64,000 nucleotides of DNA from an uncultured Prolixibacteraceae bacterium (GTDB lineage: Bacteria > Bacteroidota > Bacteroidia > Bacteroidales > Prolixibacteraceae): contig CAZLZJ010000005.1 of assembly GCA_964563975.1 (NCBI GenBank), forward strand, positions 214 to 64,213, written 5' to 3'. The position numbers were made by a program, and so were the translations under genes. The notes under the pieces were generated by a model. The model saw only the letters and a list, made by a program, of their open reading frames with translations. It had not been told where the DNA came from and ran no database searches. Of this stretch, positions 41,849-50,352 are shown in pieces (positions within the stretch are counted from its first letter, which is position 1; each line of letters opens with the position of its first letter).

Positions 41849-44140
41849 TTATAATCCTCTTTTATTAAACAGGATGTACCCGAAATTAAGTGTAAAATAG
41901 AGTTTTGTACCGGGCTTTTCATAATAATTAATGGCAATGCTTACAGGACCAAACCCGGTATGGTGTACTAATGCTGCCATGCCCTGTAAATAATAATTAT
42001 CAATTAGTGCCGGATTTTTTTCTACGGTCATGTCAGGATTAAGCCGCTCCTCTTTTAAGGGAATAAATCCATGTCCTTCAACCCTGAGGTTAAAGGTTGG
42101 GTTCAGGTTGAATATTGCTTTTAGTCCGCCTGCGATAAAGTTATTTGAGTGAAAATTTTCAATAAAAAGTGAATTACTGTGAGGTGTCGGATAATAGCCG
42201 GGTGCAGCAAGAAGGGTAGATCTGCAGTTTTGAAATGGTTTTTTATTACTGAAGAGTGCTTCCAGCTGTGTCCCAAAAGTGAATTTGCTACCCATTTGCC
42301 AATATTTTAAAGTAGATGCCCGGGCTAAAAAGTAGCTGTGATTATTTTTTATTTTTCCTTGCATTGTTGAGGTTGTTCCGGGTTCATTTGTCTCTTTGCC
42401 GACAATATGTTTAATTGAAACAGAGTTAAATGATCCTTCTGAAGCAAATTGTTTATAATTTAAAGAGCTGTTTTCAATTGCAATTTGAGATACGAAAGCT
42501 ATAAAACCGGTATTATCCGGTTCATCTTCCTTTTTAAATTTTTCAGTCAGGTAATATTCATCCGAAGAATTAACAAAAGAGTAATTGGAAAATAATTTGG
42601 AATGTCTGCCCAAAGGGATTCCCGTTTCCAGTAAAACATTAAATTCGTCTTGTATAATAAATGGTGGCCTGACATCTTCAAAAAACAGCTCTGAACTGGA
42701 TGAAAAGAAGTCCCACCGGTTTAATGTTGAGTAGGTTGAAATATAGAAAGGGAGAGTTGTTGGAAAATCTATCCTTCCGCCGGTTTTAAAACTACTGTAA
42801 AAACGGCCGAAATAGATATTTGAACTCAGAGAGTATGCCCGGTTTTGGAAAGTTCGGTAATCAAAGCTCGCATAACCCTGGTTTATAGGCTTCGTTGAAA
42901 TATTGCCACCTATATTTATTCTTATCTTTTTTTCAGGTTTTACCTTCAGATGAAGGTCAAAATAACCCGTTTCTTTGTTGTAAAGTGCAATTGGCCTGAT
43001 CGACTGTAAATGCTCATTGGCAATAAGTTTAAAATAATCCTGTTTTAATGAGCTGAGGGAAATGATGTTAAATCTGTGTTTTATTGATTGGATAATAAAT
43101 TTTCGTTGCATCGGGTCCTCTATTCCTTCAACTTGTATATTCTGAAATAGCATTTCCGGCTTTTTGCTGTTAAATTCCACTCTTTTTTTTGCTACAACCT
43201 CTTTTCTTACCCTTCTGTCGATAAGTGATTTTATACTGTCTATATTTTGTATTGCCGTAGCTCTTCCATAAGATGTAATGAGGTCATATTTTTGAAAATC
43301 GAGTAGTCCGACATTTTGAAATTTTGTTTCAAGGAGGATACCCTGTTCTTTAGGGATATCATAATCGGTAGGCCTCATAACTATATTTGTAATCTGTTCG
43401 ACTATATTATCGCTATCGGGTTTTTTTGGCATTTCTGTCACTTTATGGCCGATTATAATGTCTGGTTTAAATATTTCTGTCATTACATCGTGTGGAAAAT
43501 TATTCACAATACCACCATCGAACAGCAGTTTATTATCGATAATTATAGGCTTAAAATAGAGGGGTACGGTCATTGATGCTCTAATGGCGTCTCCCACATC
43601 TCCATTTCTCAGTGTTATTGCTTGATTAGTATGTATGTCGGTTGCAATACAGAAAAAGGGGACCATAAGACTGTCGAAATTATTGTTACAGGCTGCTGTG
43701 GTTGGCGCCATCAGCTCCATAAAAGCAAAGTTCATCTGCTCTTCGGGAATTATATTTGTTGGGGGCAACAGTTTTAGTTTATCCTTCTTTTTGTCAATTC
43801 TTAATTCAAGCCATGCAGGATCAGGCTCAGGCCTGGTAAAGTAGTACCTGTATTCTTTTTGAATACGGCCCGTTGACCAGAAATAGAACTCGTCCGACCG
43901 GAAAAGTTCTTCCATTTGATCAGGTGAATAGCCTGCAGCATAGAGCCCGCCCACAATTGCACCAATGGATGTTCCTGCAATGTAATCTATAGGAATATTG
44001 TTCTCTTCAAGCACTCTGATCACTTCAATATGAGCCATACCTTTGGCTCCTCCTCCGCTTAAAACCAGCCCGACTGACTGGGAGGATGCCATGATTGCAA
44101 AACAGAAAAAACAAATAATTAACAGAAGAGATTTCTTCAT
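41849..44140 (-). CDS. Patatin-like phospholipase fused to an Omp85/surface-antigen-type beta-barrel (PlpD-like architecture)
   Basis: Signal peptide. GLVLSGGGAKG oxyanion motif, GTSIG nucleophile elbow and a DGG catalytic Asp motif (LLFDGGIVNNFP). The ~450-aa C-terminal beta-rich region ends in an aromatic-rich strand. Confidence 0.8.
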   Translation of the reverse strand: MKKSLLLIICFFCFAIMASSQSVGLVLSGGGAKGMAHIEVIRVLEENNIPIDYIAGTSIGAIVGGLYAAGYSPDQMEELFRSDEFYFWSTGRIQKEYRYYFTRPEPDPAWLELRIDKKKDKLKLLPPTNIIPEEQMNFAFMELMAPTTAACNNNFDSLMVPFFCIATDIHTNQAITLRNGDVGDAIRASMTVPLYFKPIIIDNKLLFDGGIVNNFPHDVMTEIFKPDIIIGHKVTEMPKKPDSDNIVEQITNIVMRPTDYDIPKEQGILLETKFQNVGLLDFQKYDLITSYGRATAIQNIDSIKSLIDRRVRKEVVAKKRVEFNSKKPEMLFQNIQVEGIEDPMQRKFIIQSIKHRFNIISLSSLKQDYFKLIANEHLQSIRPIALYNKETGYFDLHLKVKPEKKIRINIGGNISTKPINQGYASFDYRTFQNRAYSLSSNIYFGRFYSSFKTGGRIDFPTTLPFYISTYSTLNRWDFFSSSSELFFEDVRPPFIIQDEFNVLLETGIPLGRHSKLFSNYSFVNSSDEYYLTEKFKKEDEPDNTGFIAFVSQIAIENSSLNYKQFASEGSFNSVSIKHIVGKETNEPGTTSTMQGKIKNNHSYFLARASTLKYWQMGSKFTFGTQLEALFSNKKPFQNCRSTLLAAPGYYPTPHSNSLFIENFHSNNFIAGGLKAIFNLNPTFNLRVEGHGFIPLKEERLNPDMTVEKNPALIDNYYLQGMAALVHHTGFGPVSIAINYYEKPGTKLYFTLNFGYILFNKRGL

Positions 44141-44184
44141 AGGTTTTTAACATAAAAAGGGTTTATCAAATATAGTGAAATTTT

Positions 44185-45108
44185 TTAGTTGCCGGTTTTT
44201 TTTCCAAGGCTTTGAAACCCTTCTCCCAAAATCTCCCTGGTGTCCATTACCGTAATAAAGGCATCAGGATCTATTTTGCTAATATATTCCTGAAGTATTG
44301 CAACTTCGCGCCGACTGACGACAGTAAAAATAATTTTTTTCTTCTCACCGGTAAACATTCCTGTTCCGCTAAAAAGAGTTCCGCTTCTGTCAAGGTCGTT
44401 AATAATTTTATTTTTAATCTCTTCGGGTTTTTGTGAAATTATAAGTAAAGCTTTGTTAAAGTCAGCTCCTTCAAGGACTGTATCGATAATACGCCCTGAA
44501 ATATAGATCACCACCCATGAATAGAGAGGAATATGCCAGTCGTGGAATGCTACAAGTCCCAGCAGTACAATAGCAGAATCAACATAGATCATAAGTTTTC
44601 CTAACTGGATATGCGTATATTTTGCAATTATCATTGCTATAATATCTGAACCGCCGGAGGTTGCTTTTGCTTTAAAAATCAGTCCCAGTCCAAAACCAAT
44701 AAGTATTCCTCCGAATAAGCACGATAATAGGACATCACTAACAAGCGGAGGATTCCCCGGGGGTCTCAGGAAGGCTATTCCGTCAATAAATATTGAAGTA
44801 AGAACAAATCCGATAATAGTTTTAACTCCAAATTTTGGTCCGAGAATCCTGATGCCTGCATAGGTGAGAGGGATATTGACTAAAAGTCCGAATAGTCCGA
44901 TTGGAAAACCATCGGGCCAGAAAGGGATAAGTCCTCTTGTAGAATAATGTACAACGATTCCGATTCCATATACTCCTCCCGGAACAATTCTATGAGGGGT
45001 GATAAACCATACAAATCCTCCTGCCAGAATAAATGCTCCGGCTAAAATAAGGGAGTAATCTATAAACCACTGTTTGCTGAAAAGCTTTTGTTTTGTAATG
45101 AAAGCCAT
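44185..45108 (-). CDS. YitT-family integral membrane protein (DUF161 + DUF2179)
   Basis: Multi-TM N-terminus with IVPGGVYGIGIVVHY. C-terminal soluble DUF2179-like domain (TVVSRREVAILQEYISKIDPDAFITVMDTREILGEGF). Confidence 0.8.
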   Translation of the reverse strand: MAFITKQKLFSKQWFIDYSLILAGAFILAGGFVWFITPHRIVPGGVYGIGIVVHYSTRGLIPFWPDGFPIGLFGLLVNIPLTYAGIRILGPKFGVKTIIGFVLTSIFIDGIAFLRPPGNPPLVSDVLLSCLFGGILIGFGLGLIFKAKATSGGSDIIAMIIAKYTHIQLGKLMIYVDSAIVLLGLVAFHDWHIPLYSWVVIYISGRIIDTVLEGADFNKALLIISQKPEEIKNKIINDLDRSGTLFSGTGMFTGEKKKIIFTVVSRREVAILQEYISKIDPDAFITVMDTREILGEGFQSLGKKTGN

Positions 45109-45128
45109 TTTAGCACGGGATATAACTT

Positions 45129-46097
45129 TTAACTAAGTTTGAATCTGTAGGAGATAGTTCCCTGCTGGAATGCAGGGGCATTCTCATCAAGGTTAAATTT
45201 TGATTTTAAAGCTGCCTGCCGGGCTTCGTTCCAGAATCGTTGATCCATAATGGTAGTTCCCCTTACACCGGGTTCGGCTGCTGTTACATTTCCATATTTG
45301 TCAACTGTAACCTTTACCACTACCACACCTTCGTCATTTCCGGGGTATGCCGGTTTTGGTAAAGCTTTTGCCGTTCTTCCTGAAAGGCTGTATGATACGC
45401 CGGTGCCCTGGTTGCCCGATCCGCTTCCTCCCGGTCCGTAAGTACCGGCATTAGGGTCTCCTGTGGGAACCCCCTGGTTGCCGCCGGGGAATGTTACACC
45501 CTGGTTAGGGTTATCGCCCGAACCACGTCCTTCTGCAGTACCCGGACCTGTTCCTCCAAATGCACCTTTAGCTCTTGAGTTTATTTCGCTGATTTTTTTC
45601 TGTTCTTCTTCTGCTTTTTTTCGTTCTGCTTCAGCACGCTGTTGTCTCTCCAATTCAGCTTGCCGCTGTTGCCTCTCCAACTCGGCCTGCTGCTGCTCCT
45701 GCTGTTTGCGTTTTTCAGCTTCTATCTGTTTTTGTCTGTCTGCTTCTCTTTTTTTTTGTTCGGCAGCTTCAATTGCTGCTGTTTTTTCAAAATCTTGCGT
45801 CATTGCTGTTTCTTTAGCCTGATTGGGTCTGCTTGCGGGAGGGACAGCCGGAGGTGGTGGTGGAACAGGAGCTTCTATTTGCTGCACAGGCCGGGCAGGT
45901 TCAGGTTCACTGCGTACTGATCCCGGCTCAATATCACCAAGCCCATGGTCGCTGGTGCCAAAATTAACTAAGATCCCTTCTTCTCCCGGAAGTGGCAGAG
46001 GAGTAAAAAAGCCCAGGAAGATCAGCATAAGAAGGACACAGATATGAAAAACAGCGGTTCCGATTATGCCTTTTTTATGTTTTTCAAAAAAACTCAT
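45129..46097 (-). CDS. tonB: Energy transducer TonB
   Basis: N-terminal TM and a Pro-rich segment (PVPPPPPAVPP). Long E/Q/R/K coil. C-terminal TonB domain (PAYPGNDEGVVVVKVTVDKYGNV). Its start abuts the exbD stop. Confidence 0.85.
   Translation of the reverse strand: MSFFEKHKKGIIGTAVFHICVLLMLIFLGFFTPLPLPGEEGILVNFGTSDHGLGDIEPGSVRSEPEPARPVQQIEAPVPPPPPAVPPASRPNQAKETAMTQDFEKTAAIEAAEQKKREADRQKQIEAEKRKQQEQQQAELERQQRQAELERQQRAEAERKKAEEEQKKISEINSRAKGAFGGTGPGTAEGRGSGDNPNQGVTFPGGNQGVPTGDPNAGTYGPGGSGSGNQGTGVSYSLSGRTAKALPKPAYPGNDEGVVVVKVTVDKYGNVTAAEPGVRGTTIMDQRFWNEARQAALKSKFNLDENAPAFQQGTISYRFKLS
45639..45692. repeat. Two tandem degenerate 27-nt units inside tonB
   Basis: 45639-45665 and 45666-45692 differ at 5 of 27 positions. 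They encode QAELERQQR twice. Confidence 0.8.
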
Positions 46098-46508
46098 TTA
46101 GCTTTCCGGCGCTGTGGCCGCAATCATTTTATACTTATTTTTTCTTGCAATATTCATTACTTTAACAATCTCTTCCCATGGTACTGATTTTTCGGCATGA
46201 AGTGATATATATATATCGTCGTTGCCAATTCCGAAACGGTTTTGTAAAAATGGCTCAATCTCTCTGAATTCAACTCTTCTGAGACGGCCATCATCGTTAA
46301 TGTAATACTTCAGATCCCTTGTTATTGAAATTGTGGTAATTGGTTTTGCCGCTGTCTGATTGTTGCTTTGAGGCAGCAGTAATTTCAAAGCATTTGGCGC
46401 AACCAATGTTGATGTCACCATGAAGAAGATAAGCAATAAGAATACAATATCAGTCATTGACGACATACTGAAACTTGCATTGATCTTATTTCTTTGTTTA
46501 AGTGCCAT
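46098..46508 (-). CDS. exbD: Biopolymer transport protein ExbD/TolR
   Basis: INASFSMSSMTDIVFLLLIFFMVTS; 136 aa; positioned between the exbB-like and tonB genes. Confidence 0.9.
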   Translation of the reverse strand: MALKQRNKINASFSMSSMTDIVFLLLIFFMVTSTLVAPNALKLLLPQSNNQTAAKPITTISITRDLKYYINDDGRLRRVEFREIEPFLQNRFGIGNDDIYISLHAEKSVPWEEIVKVMNIARKNKYKMIAATAPES

Positions 46509-46519
46509 TTTGTAATTAA

Positions 46520-47224
46520 TTATACGGGTTCATTAAGAAGGTCCATAAATTCCGTTGTTGTGGCTTCTAACCGGAATACCACTTTTTCTACATTAGTTAC
46601 CAATACATTATAAGCAAAATAGGCTATAATGCCAACTATAAGTCCGGCTACAGTGGTGACCATTGCCTGGTAAATACCGGTCGACAGGAGTGTTACATCA
46701 ATATTGTTACCTGCATTTGACATATCGTAAAATGCCTGGATCATACCCATAACCGTGCCCAGAAAGCCAAGCATTGGAGCTCCGCCTGCCACTGAGGCAA
46801 GCACGGGAAGGCTTTTTTCCAGTTTTGACACTTCTAAGTTGCCGACATTTTCAATTGCTGCATTGACATCGTTGAGCGGCCTTCCGATTCTGGAGATTCC
46901 TTTCTCCAACATTCTTGATGTGGGGGTTGAATTACTCCGGCAGATCATCAGAGCTTCGTCAATCTTGCCATTTGTAATATACACTTTAATTTTATCAAGA
47001 AAAGCGGGGTCAAATTTTCCTGCTTTTTTTATTGCAAAGAACCTGTCAAAAAAGATATAAACAGCTATTATTGACAATAATAAAATGGGAATCATGATCC
47101 ATCCGCCTTTAAAGGCAAGATCAATAAACTTTGTTGATATACCCTCAGGTACCGGGGCCAATGTGTCAAGCTCTGCCGTCAGATCGGCCTGAAGTGATAA
47201 AAGATTAAACATAGTTGTCATCAA
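46520..47224 (-). CDS. exbB: MotA/TolQ/ExbB proton-channel protein
   Basis: Three-TM profile. PMLGFLGTVMGMIQAF and STGIYQAMVTTVAGLIVGI motifs. Confidence 0.9.
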   Translation of the reverse strand: MMTTMFNLLSLQADLTAELDTLAPVPEGISTKFIDLAFKGGWIMIPILLLSIIAVYIFFDRFFAIKKAGKFDPAFLDKIKVYITNGKIDEALMICRSNSTPTSRMLEKGISRIGRPLNDVNAAIENVGNLEVSKLEKSLPVLASVAGGAPMLGFLGTVMGMIQAFYDMSNAGNNIDVTLLSTGIYQAMVTTVAGLIVGIIAYFAYNVLVTNVEKVVFRLEATTTEFMDLLNEPV

Positions 47225-47390
47225 ATTTTCTTTGATTAAAAAACGAAATTTAAATTCAATTATTATTAGTCGCTAAAATTACTATTATTTTATATGGTTA
47301 TTTCTCTTTTTTTTATCCGAATCCATAAGTTATTAACAACCGCTTATTGAAAGCATGGAATGAACCATTCTCTGACAGGTTTAAATGATT

Positions 47391-48515
47391 TCAATTATCT
47401 CTCTTTTTGGAGCGGATTGCCCTTTTTAACGATTTTGACAGGTATCTCCAGTATTGTTTGTGAAATTCCCGGCCCTCTTTACCTAAAAATTCATGACAAG
47501 AGGCGGGAATATCATCAGGATGAAATTTAACTTTTTGCATATCTTCATTGAGTGCAGGCACTTCAGGATGAAACTGTGTGGAAAATACATGAGGGTACCG
47601 GCTGTGGGCTATTGCTTCAACTACTTTTTCATCAATCGACACAGCTGTTATTATCAGTTCTTTTCCCGGATCTTTAACAGCCTGATGGTGAGAGCTGTAT
47701 ACCAGCGGGGTTAGTTCCCGGGAAATTTTCACTTTTTCACCAAAAAAGGGATTATCGGTAAAACGGATCGGGTGGATGTTGGAACCTATCAACAGTGAGT
47801 CGTCTGATATTTCCTGCCAGTAGTTTTTATGAAGATTATTCCTGCCTGCCTTGACTATGGCATCGGGGGTTTCAGCACCAAAAATTTCAGCGGGAATATC
47901 CTGAATAAGGGTACCTCCCGCAGCAACATTCATTGTCTGCAGCCCCAAACAAAACCCGGTAATAAAATACCAAGGCTTTTCCTCCAAAAAAGGTTTGAAA
48001 GAGTCGTTCCGGGAACTGCCGATAAGATGAAATAAAAAGGTAAGTTCAAAAAAATGCCGGTTGGGGTCGGTGACCTTTGAGAGTGTATTTTTATGTTTGT
48101 AAATTTCAGGAGGTATGTCAGGTCCGCCGAAAAAAAAGGCACCTGCAGAATATTTGAAAACTTTGTGTATCTCAGAGCTGAGATGGTTATTCATAAATAT
48201 ATCTTCCATATTTAACGGGCCCCTGAATTCATGGAGATAAATGTTTTTTATTTTTTTTTCTTTGATTAATTTTTTTGATTTGCTGAAATCATATTCTTGC
48301 CCCTCATAATAAATACCAACAAATTTAACTCCGGAGGCGTTGATTTTTAATAGCCGGTTTTTAATCAGATAGTTTAAAATGGTTAAATTATTTTCGGTTG
48401 GATTAGCCAGCAAAATGTAAGTTTTTTTAGGGTTGAAATCCTGTCTGAAAAAATCCTGTCCCGCCAGGCTGACTGACAGGAGCAGGAACAGGTAAAAAAA
48501 TACGGCTCTCCTCAT
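47391..48515 (-). CDS. Secreted class-I glutamine amidotransferase-like protein (peptidase C26 / gamma-glutamyl hydrolase-like)
   Basis: Signal peptide MRRAVFFYLFLLLSVSLAGQ. GGPDIPPEIY, nucleophile elbow GFCLGLQTMNVAAGGTLIQDI, and His-x-Glu (QFHPE). Confidence 0.75.
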   Translation of the reverse strand: MRRAVFFYLFLLLSVSLAGQDFFRQDFNPKKTYILLANPTENNLTILNYLIKNRLLKINASGVKFVGIYYEGQEYDFSKSKKLIKEKKIKNIYLHEFRGPLNMEDIFMNNHLSSEIHKVFKYSAGAFFFGGPDIPPEIYKHKNTLSKVTDPNRHFFELTFLFHLIGSSRNDSFKPFLEEKPWYFITGFCLGLQTMNVAAGGTLIQDIPAEIFGAETPDAIVKAGRNNLHKNYWQEISDDSLLIGSNIHPIRFTDNPFFGEKVKISRELTPLVYSSHHQAVKDPGKELIITAVSIDEKVVEAIAHSRYPHVFSTQFHPEVPALNEDMQKVKFHPDDIPASCHEFLGKEGREFHKQYWRYLSKSLKRAIRSKKRDN

Positions 48516-48540
48516 TTGAACATTGCTCTTGTTAAAAAAT

Positions 48541-48548
48541 CAAAGATA
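48541..48548 (-). promoter_or_regulatory. Candidate -7 promoter core (TATCTTTG on the minus strand) for the C26-like gene
   Basis: Plus-strand CAAAGATA is the reverse complement of TAnnTTTG, 25 nt upstream of the 48515 start. A CAAA lies 16 nt further on, slightly short for a -33 element. Confidence 0.3.
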
Positions 48549-48631
48549 GTATTAAGGATTTTAACAAAAAAGCCCTGAGGTTTATATATTAAAAAATAAA
48601 GTGATTTGATTTGTAAACCTTTTTATCTTCT

Positions 48632-48639
48632 TAAATTTG
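48632..48639 (+). promoter_or_regulatory. Candidate -7 promoter core TAAATTTG with upstream TTTG
   Basis: Exact TAnnTTTG match 26 nt before the 48665 ATG. A TTTG at 48610-48613 gives a -33/-7 style arrangement. Confidence 0.45.
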
Positions 48640-48664
48640 CACAAACAATATAATATATTCTGTT

Positions 48665-49483
48665 ATGAGATTTAATTTTAAAACATCTTACATTATTGCA
48701 ATAGTTGCAGTTATTTTGATAATTCTGCTTTTTGGGGGGCGTATGTTCTTTATCATTGAAGCAGGTGAGAGGGGTGTGATTTTTCGTCCATATACTTCTG
48801 GTATGGACATTGAAAATATTTATGGTGAAGGTTTTCATATGATTTCTCCATGGAACAGACTTTATAAATATAATGTCAGAGAGCAACAGAGAGAGGAAAC
48901 AATGGATGTACTCGACAAAAACGGGTTATCAATCAATATCGACATTACAGTACGTTTTAACCCTGATTATAACAATATTGCTCATTTGCATCAACAATTT
49001 GGGACCAGCTATATAAATGTGTTGGTAATTCCGGAGGTTCGCTCCACCGTAAGACAGGTTTCCGGCCGCTATACCGCTGAAGAGATATACTCTACAAAAA
49101 GAGCTGAAGTGGAAACCAGTATTAAGGAGGAGACCAGACAGGTACTTGGTGAAAACTTTATTGACATGAGAGCTTTGCTTATTAAGTCTATTAACCTTCC
49201 GGAGCAGATCAAGGGGGCAATTGAGAATAAGCTGAAACAGGAACAGGAGGCGCTTGCATATCAATTTAAGCTTCAGCGGGAGGAGTCGGAGGCAGAGCGC
49301 AGGCGTATTGAAGCTGAGGGTATAGCTAATTATAACCGTATTATTAGTGCCAGCTTAACCGATAATATACTGAAGCAGCGTGGCATTGATGCAACAGTAG
49401 GCCTTGCTGAATCGCCCAATGCAAAAGTTATTGTCATAGGCAGCGGAAAGGAAGGGCTTCCCCTGATTTTGGGTAATAATTAA
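48665..49483 (+). CDS. Prohibitin/SPFH (band 7) domain protein
   Basis: N-terminal TM. GERGVIFRPYTSG...GEGFHMISPW resembles the prohibitin signature. C-terminal coiled coil (KLKQEQEALAYQFKLQREESEAERRRIEAEG). Confidence 0.85.
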   Translation: MRFNFKTSYIIAIVAVILIILLFGGRMFFIIEAGERGVIFRPYTSGMDIENIYGEGFHMISPWNRLYKYNVREQQREETMDVLDKNGLSINIDITVRFNPDYNNIAHLHQQFGTSYINVLVIPEVRSTVRQVSGRYTAEEIYSTKRAEVETSIKEETRQVLGENFIDMRALLIKSINLPEQIKGAIENKLKQEQEALAYQFKLQREESEAERRRIEAEGIANYNRIISASLTDNILKQRGIDATVGLAESPNAKVIVIGSGKEGLPLILGNN

Positions 49484-49519
49484 GATGTGTGTCCCGGATA
49501 TAATCTGAATGTTCGAAAA

Positions 49520-50005
49520 ATGAAAAAAATTGTAAATCCTTTTTCACAGGTTGCAGAATCTTGTGAATATAATTGTTTTGGATGTTCTCCCCATAATGAA
49601 AGAGGTCTCCGGCTGGAATTTTGGGAAGATGGAGAGGAGATAGTGGCAAAATGGCAGCCTAAAAAAGAGTTTGAGGGCTGGATTGGTGTGTTACACGGAG
49701 GGATTCAGGCCACTTTATTGGATGAGGTAGCCGCCTGGCTTGTTTTTATAAAGCTGAAAACCGCAGGGGTAACAATACAGCTCACAGTTGATTATCCAAA
49801 ACCTGCTTTTATATCGAAAGGAGCATTTACAGTGAAGGCAAACCTTCTCTCTTTTCAGAAAAATATTGCCCGGATCAAAACCACACTATATGATGGAGAT
49901 GATAAAATATGTGCCACTGCAGTAGCTGAGTACTTCTGCTTTCCTGAAAAAATAGCCAGAGCAAAATATAATTACCCTGGAGCAAAAGCTTTTTATACTG
50001 AATAA
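49520..50005 (+). CDS. PaaI-family hotdog-fold thioesterase
   Basis: CFGCSPHNERGLRLEF...GVLHGGIQATLLDEVAAW. I prefer the ATG at 49520 over the track start at 49487. Confidence 0.75.
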   Translation: MKKIVNPFSQVAESCEYNCFGCSPHNERGLRLEFWEDGEEIVAKWQPKKEFEGWIGVLHGGIQATLLDEVAAWLVFIKLKTAGVTIQLTVDYPKPAFISKGAFTVKANLLSFQKNIARIKTTLYDGDDKICATAVAEYFCFPEKIARAKYNYPGAKAFYTE

Positions 50006-50081
50006 ACAGCATACAGCTCTTCTTTTTAGATCAGGATTATTGGATATATAAAGGTTGTGGATTTAAATCTATACTGTTTTT

Positions 50082-50264
50082 TTAAAAGTCATCATCTTCG
50101 TCATCATAGCTGAATGAATACTCGTCAATGTCTTCTTCATCAAATTCATCATAGATGGAAAGCCTTTTTTTTGAGCTTTTTTCTTTTCTTGCCGAATGTT
50201 TTTTTTGTTTTCGGTCGAAGTTGTCAACTTCATTGTAATTTTTTTTGTTTACTTTCCGTTTCAT
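50082..50264 (-). CDS. Hypothetical 60-aa protein, basic N-terminal half and acidic C-terminal half
   Basis: It is the only ORF in the 347-nt gap 50006-50352. Translation: MKRKVNKKNYNEVDNFDRKQKKHSARKEKSSKKRLSIYDEFDEEDIDEYSFSYDDEDDDF. No recognisable family, so it may be spurious. Confidence 0.3.
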   Translation of the reverse strand: MKRKVNKKNYNEVDNFDRKQKKHSARKEKSSKKRLSIYDEFDEEDIDEYSFSYDDEDDDF

Positions 50265-50352
50265 TTTAAATCATAATTCAAAAAAATAAAATAAAATTTT
50301 AAAGTTTTACCCAGGCAAAATAAAAAATAATTAAGAATATTATAATGATTTA

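Noticed and set aside
45639-45692. Tandem 27-nt repeats (also at 63174-63227) considered as CRISPR-like or other non-coding repeat arrays
   Set aside because: Only two adjacent copies occur at each site, with no spacers. Both sit in frame inside coding low-complexity regions.
45463-46047. Three plus-strand ORFs (119, 92 and 74 aa) inside the tonB region
   Set aside because: They are antisense to the Pro/Glu/Gln-rich TonB linker. The repetitive, locally GC-richer sequence keeps several frames open. The products are Cys/Ser/Leu-rich nonsense.
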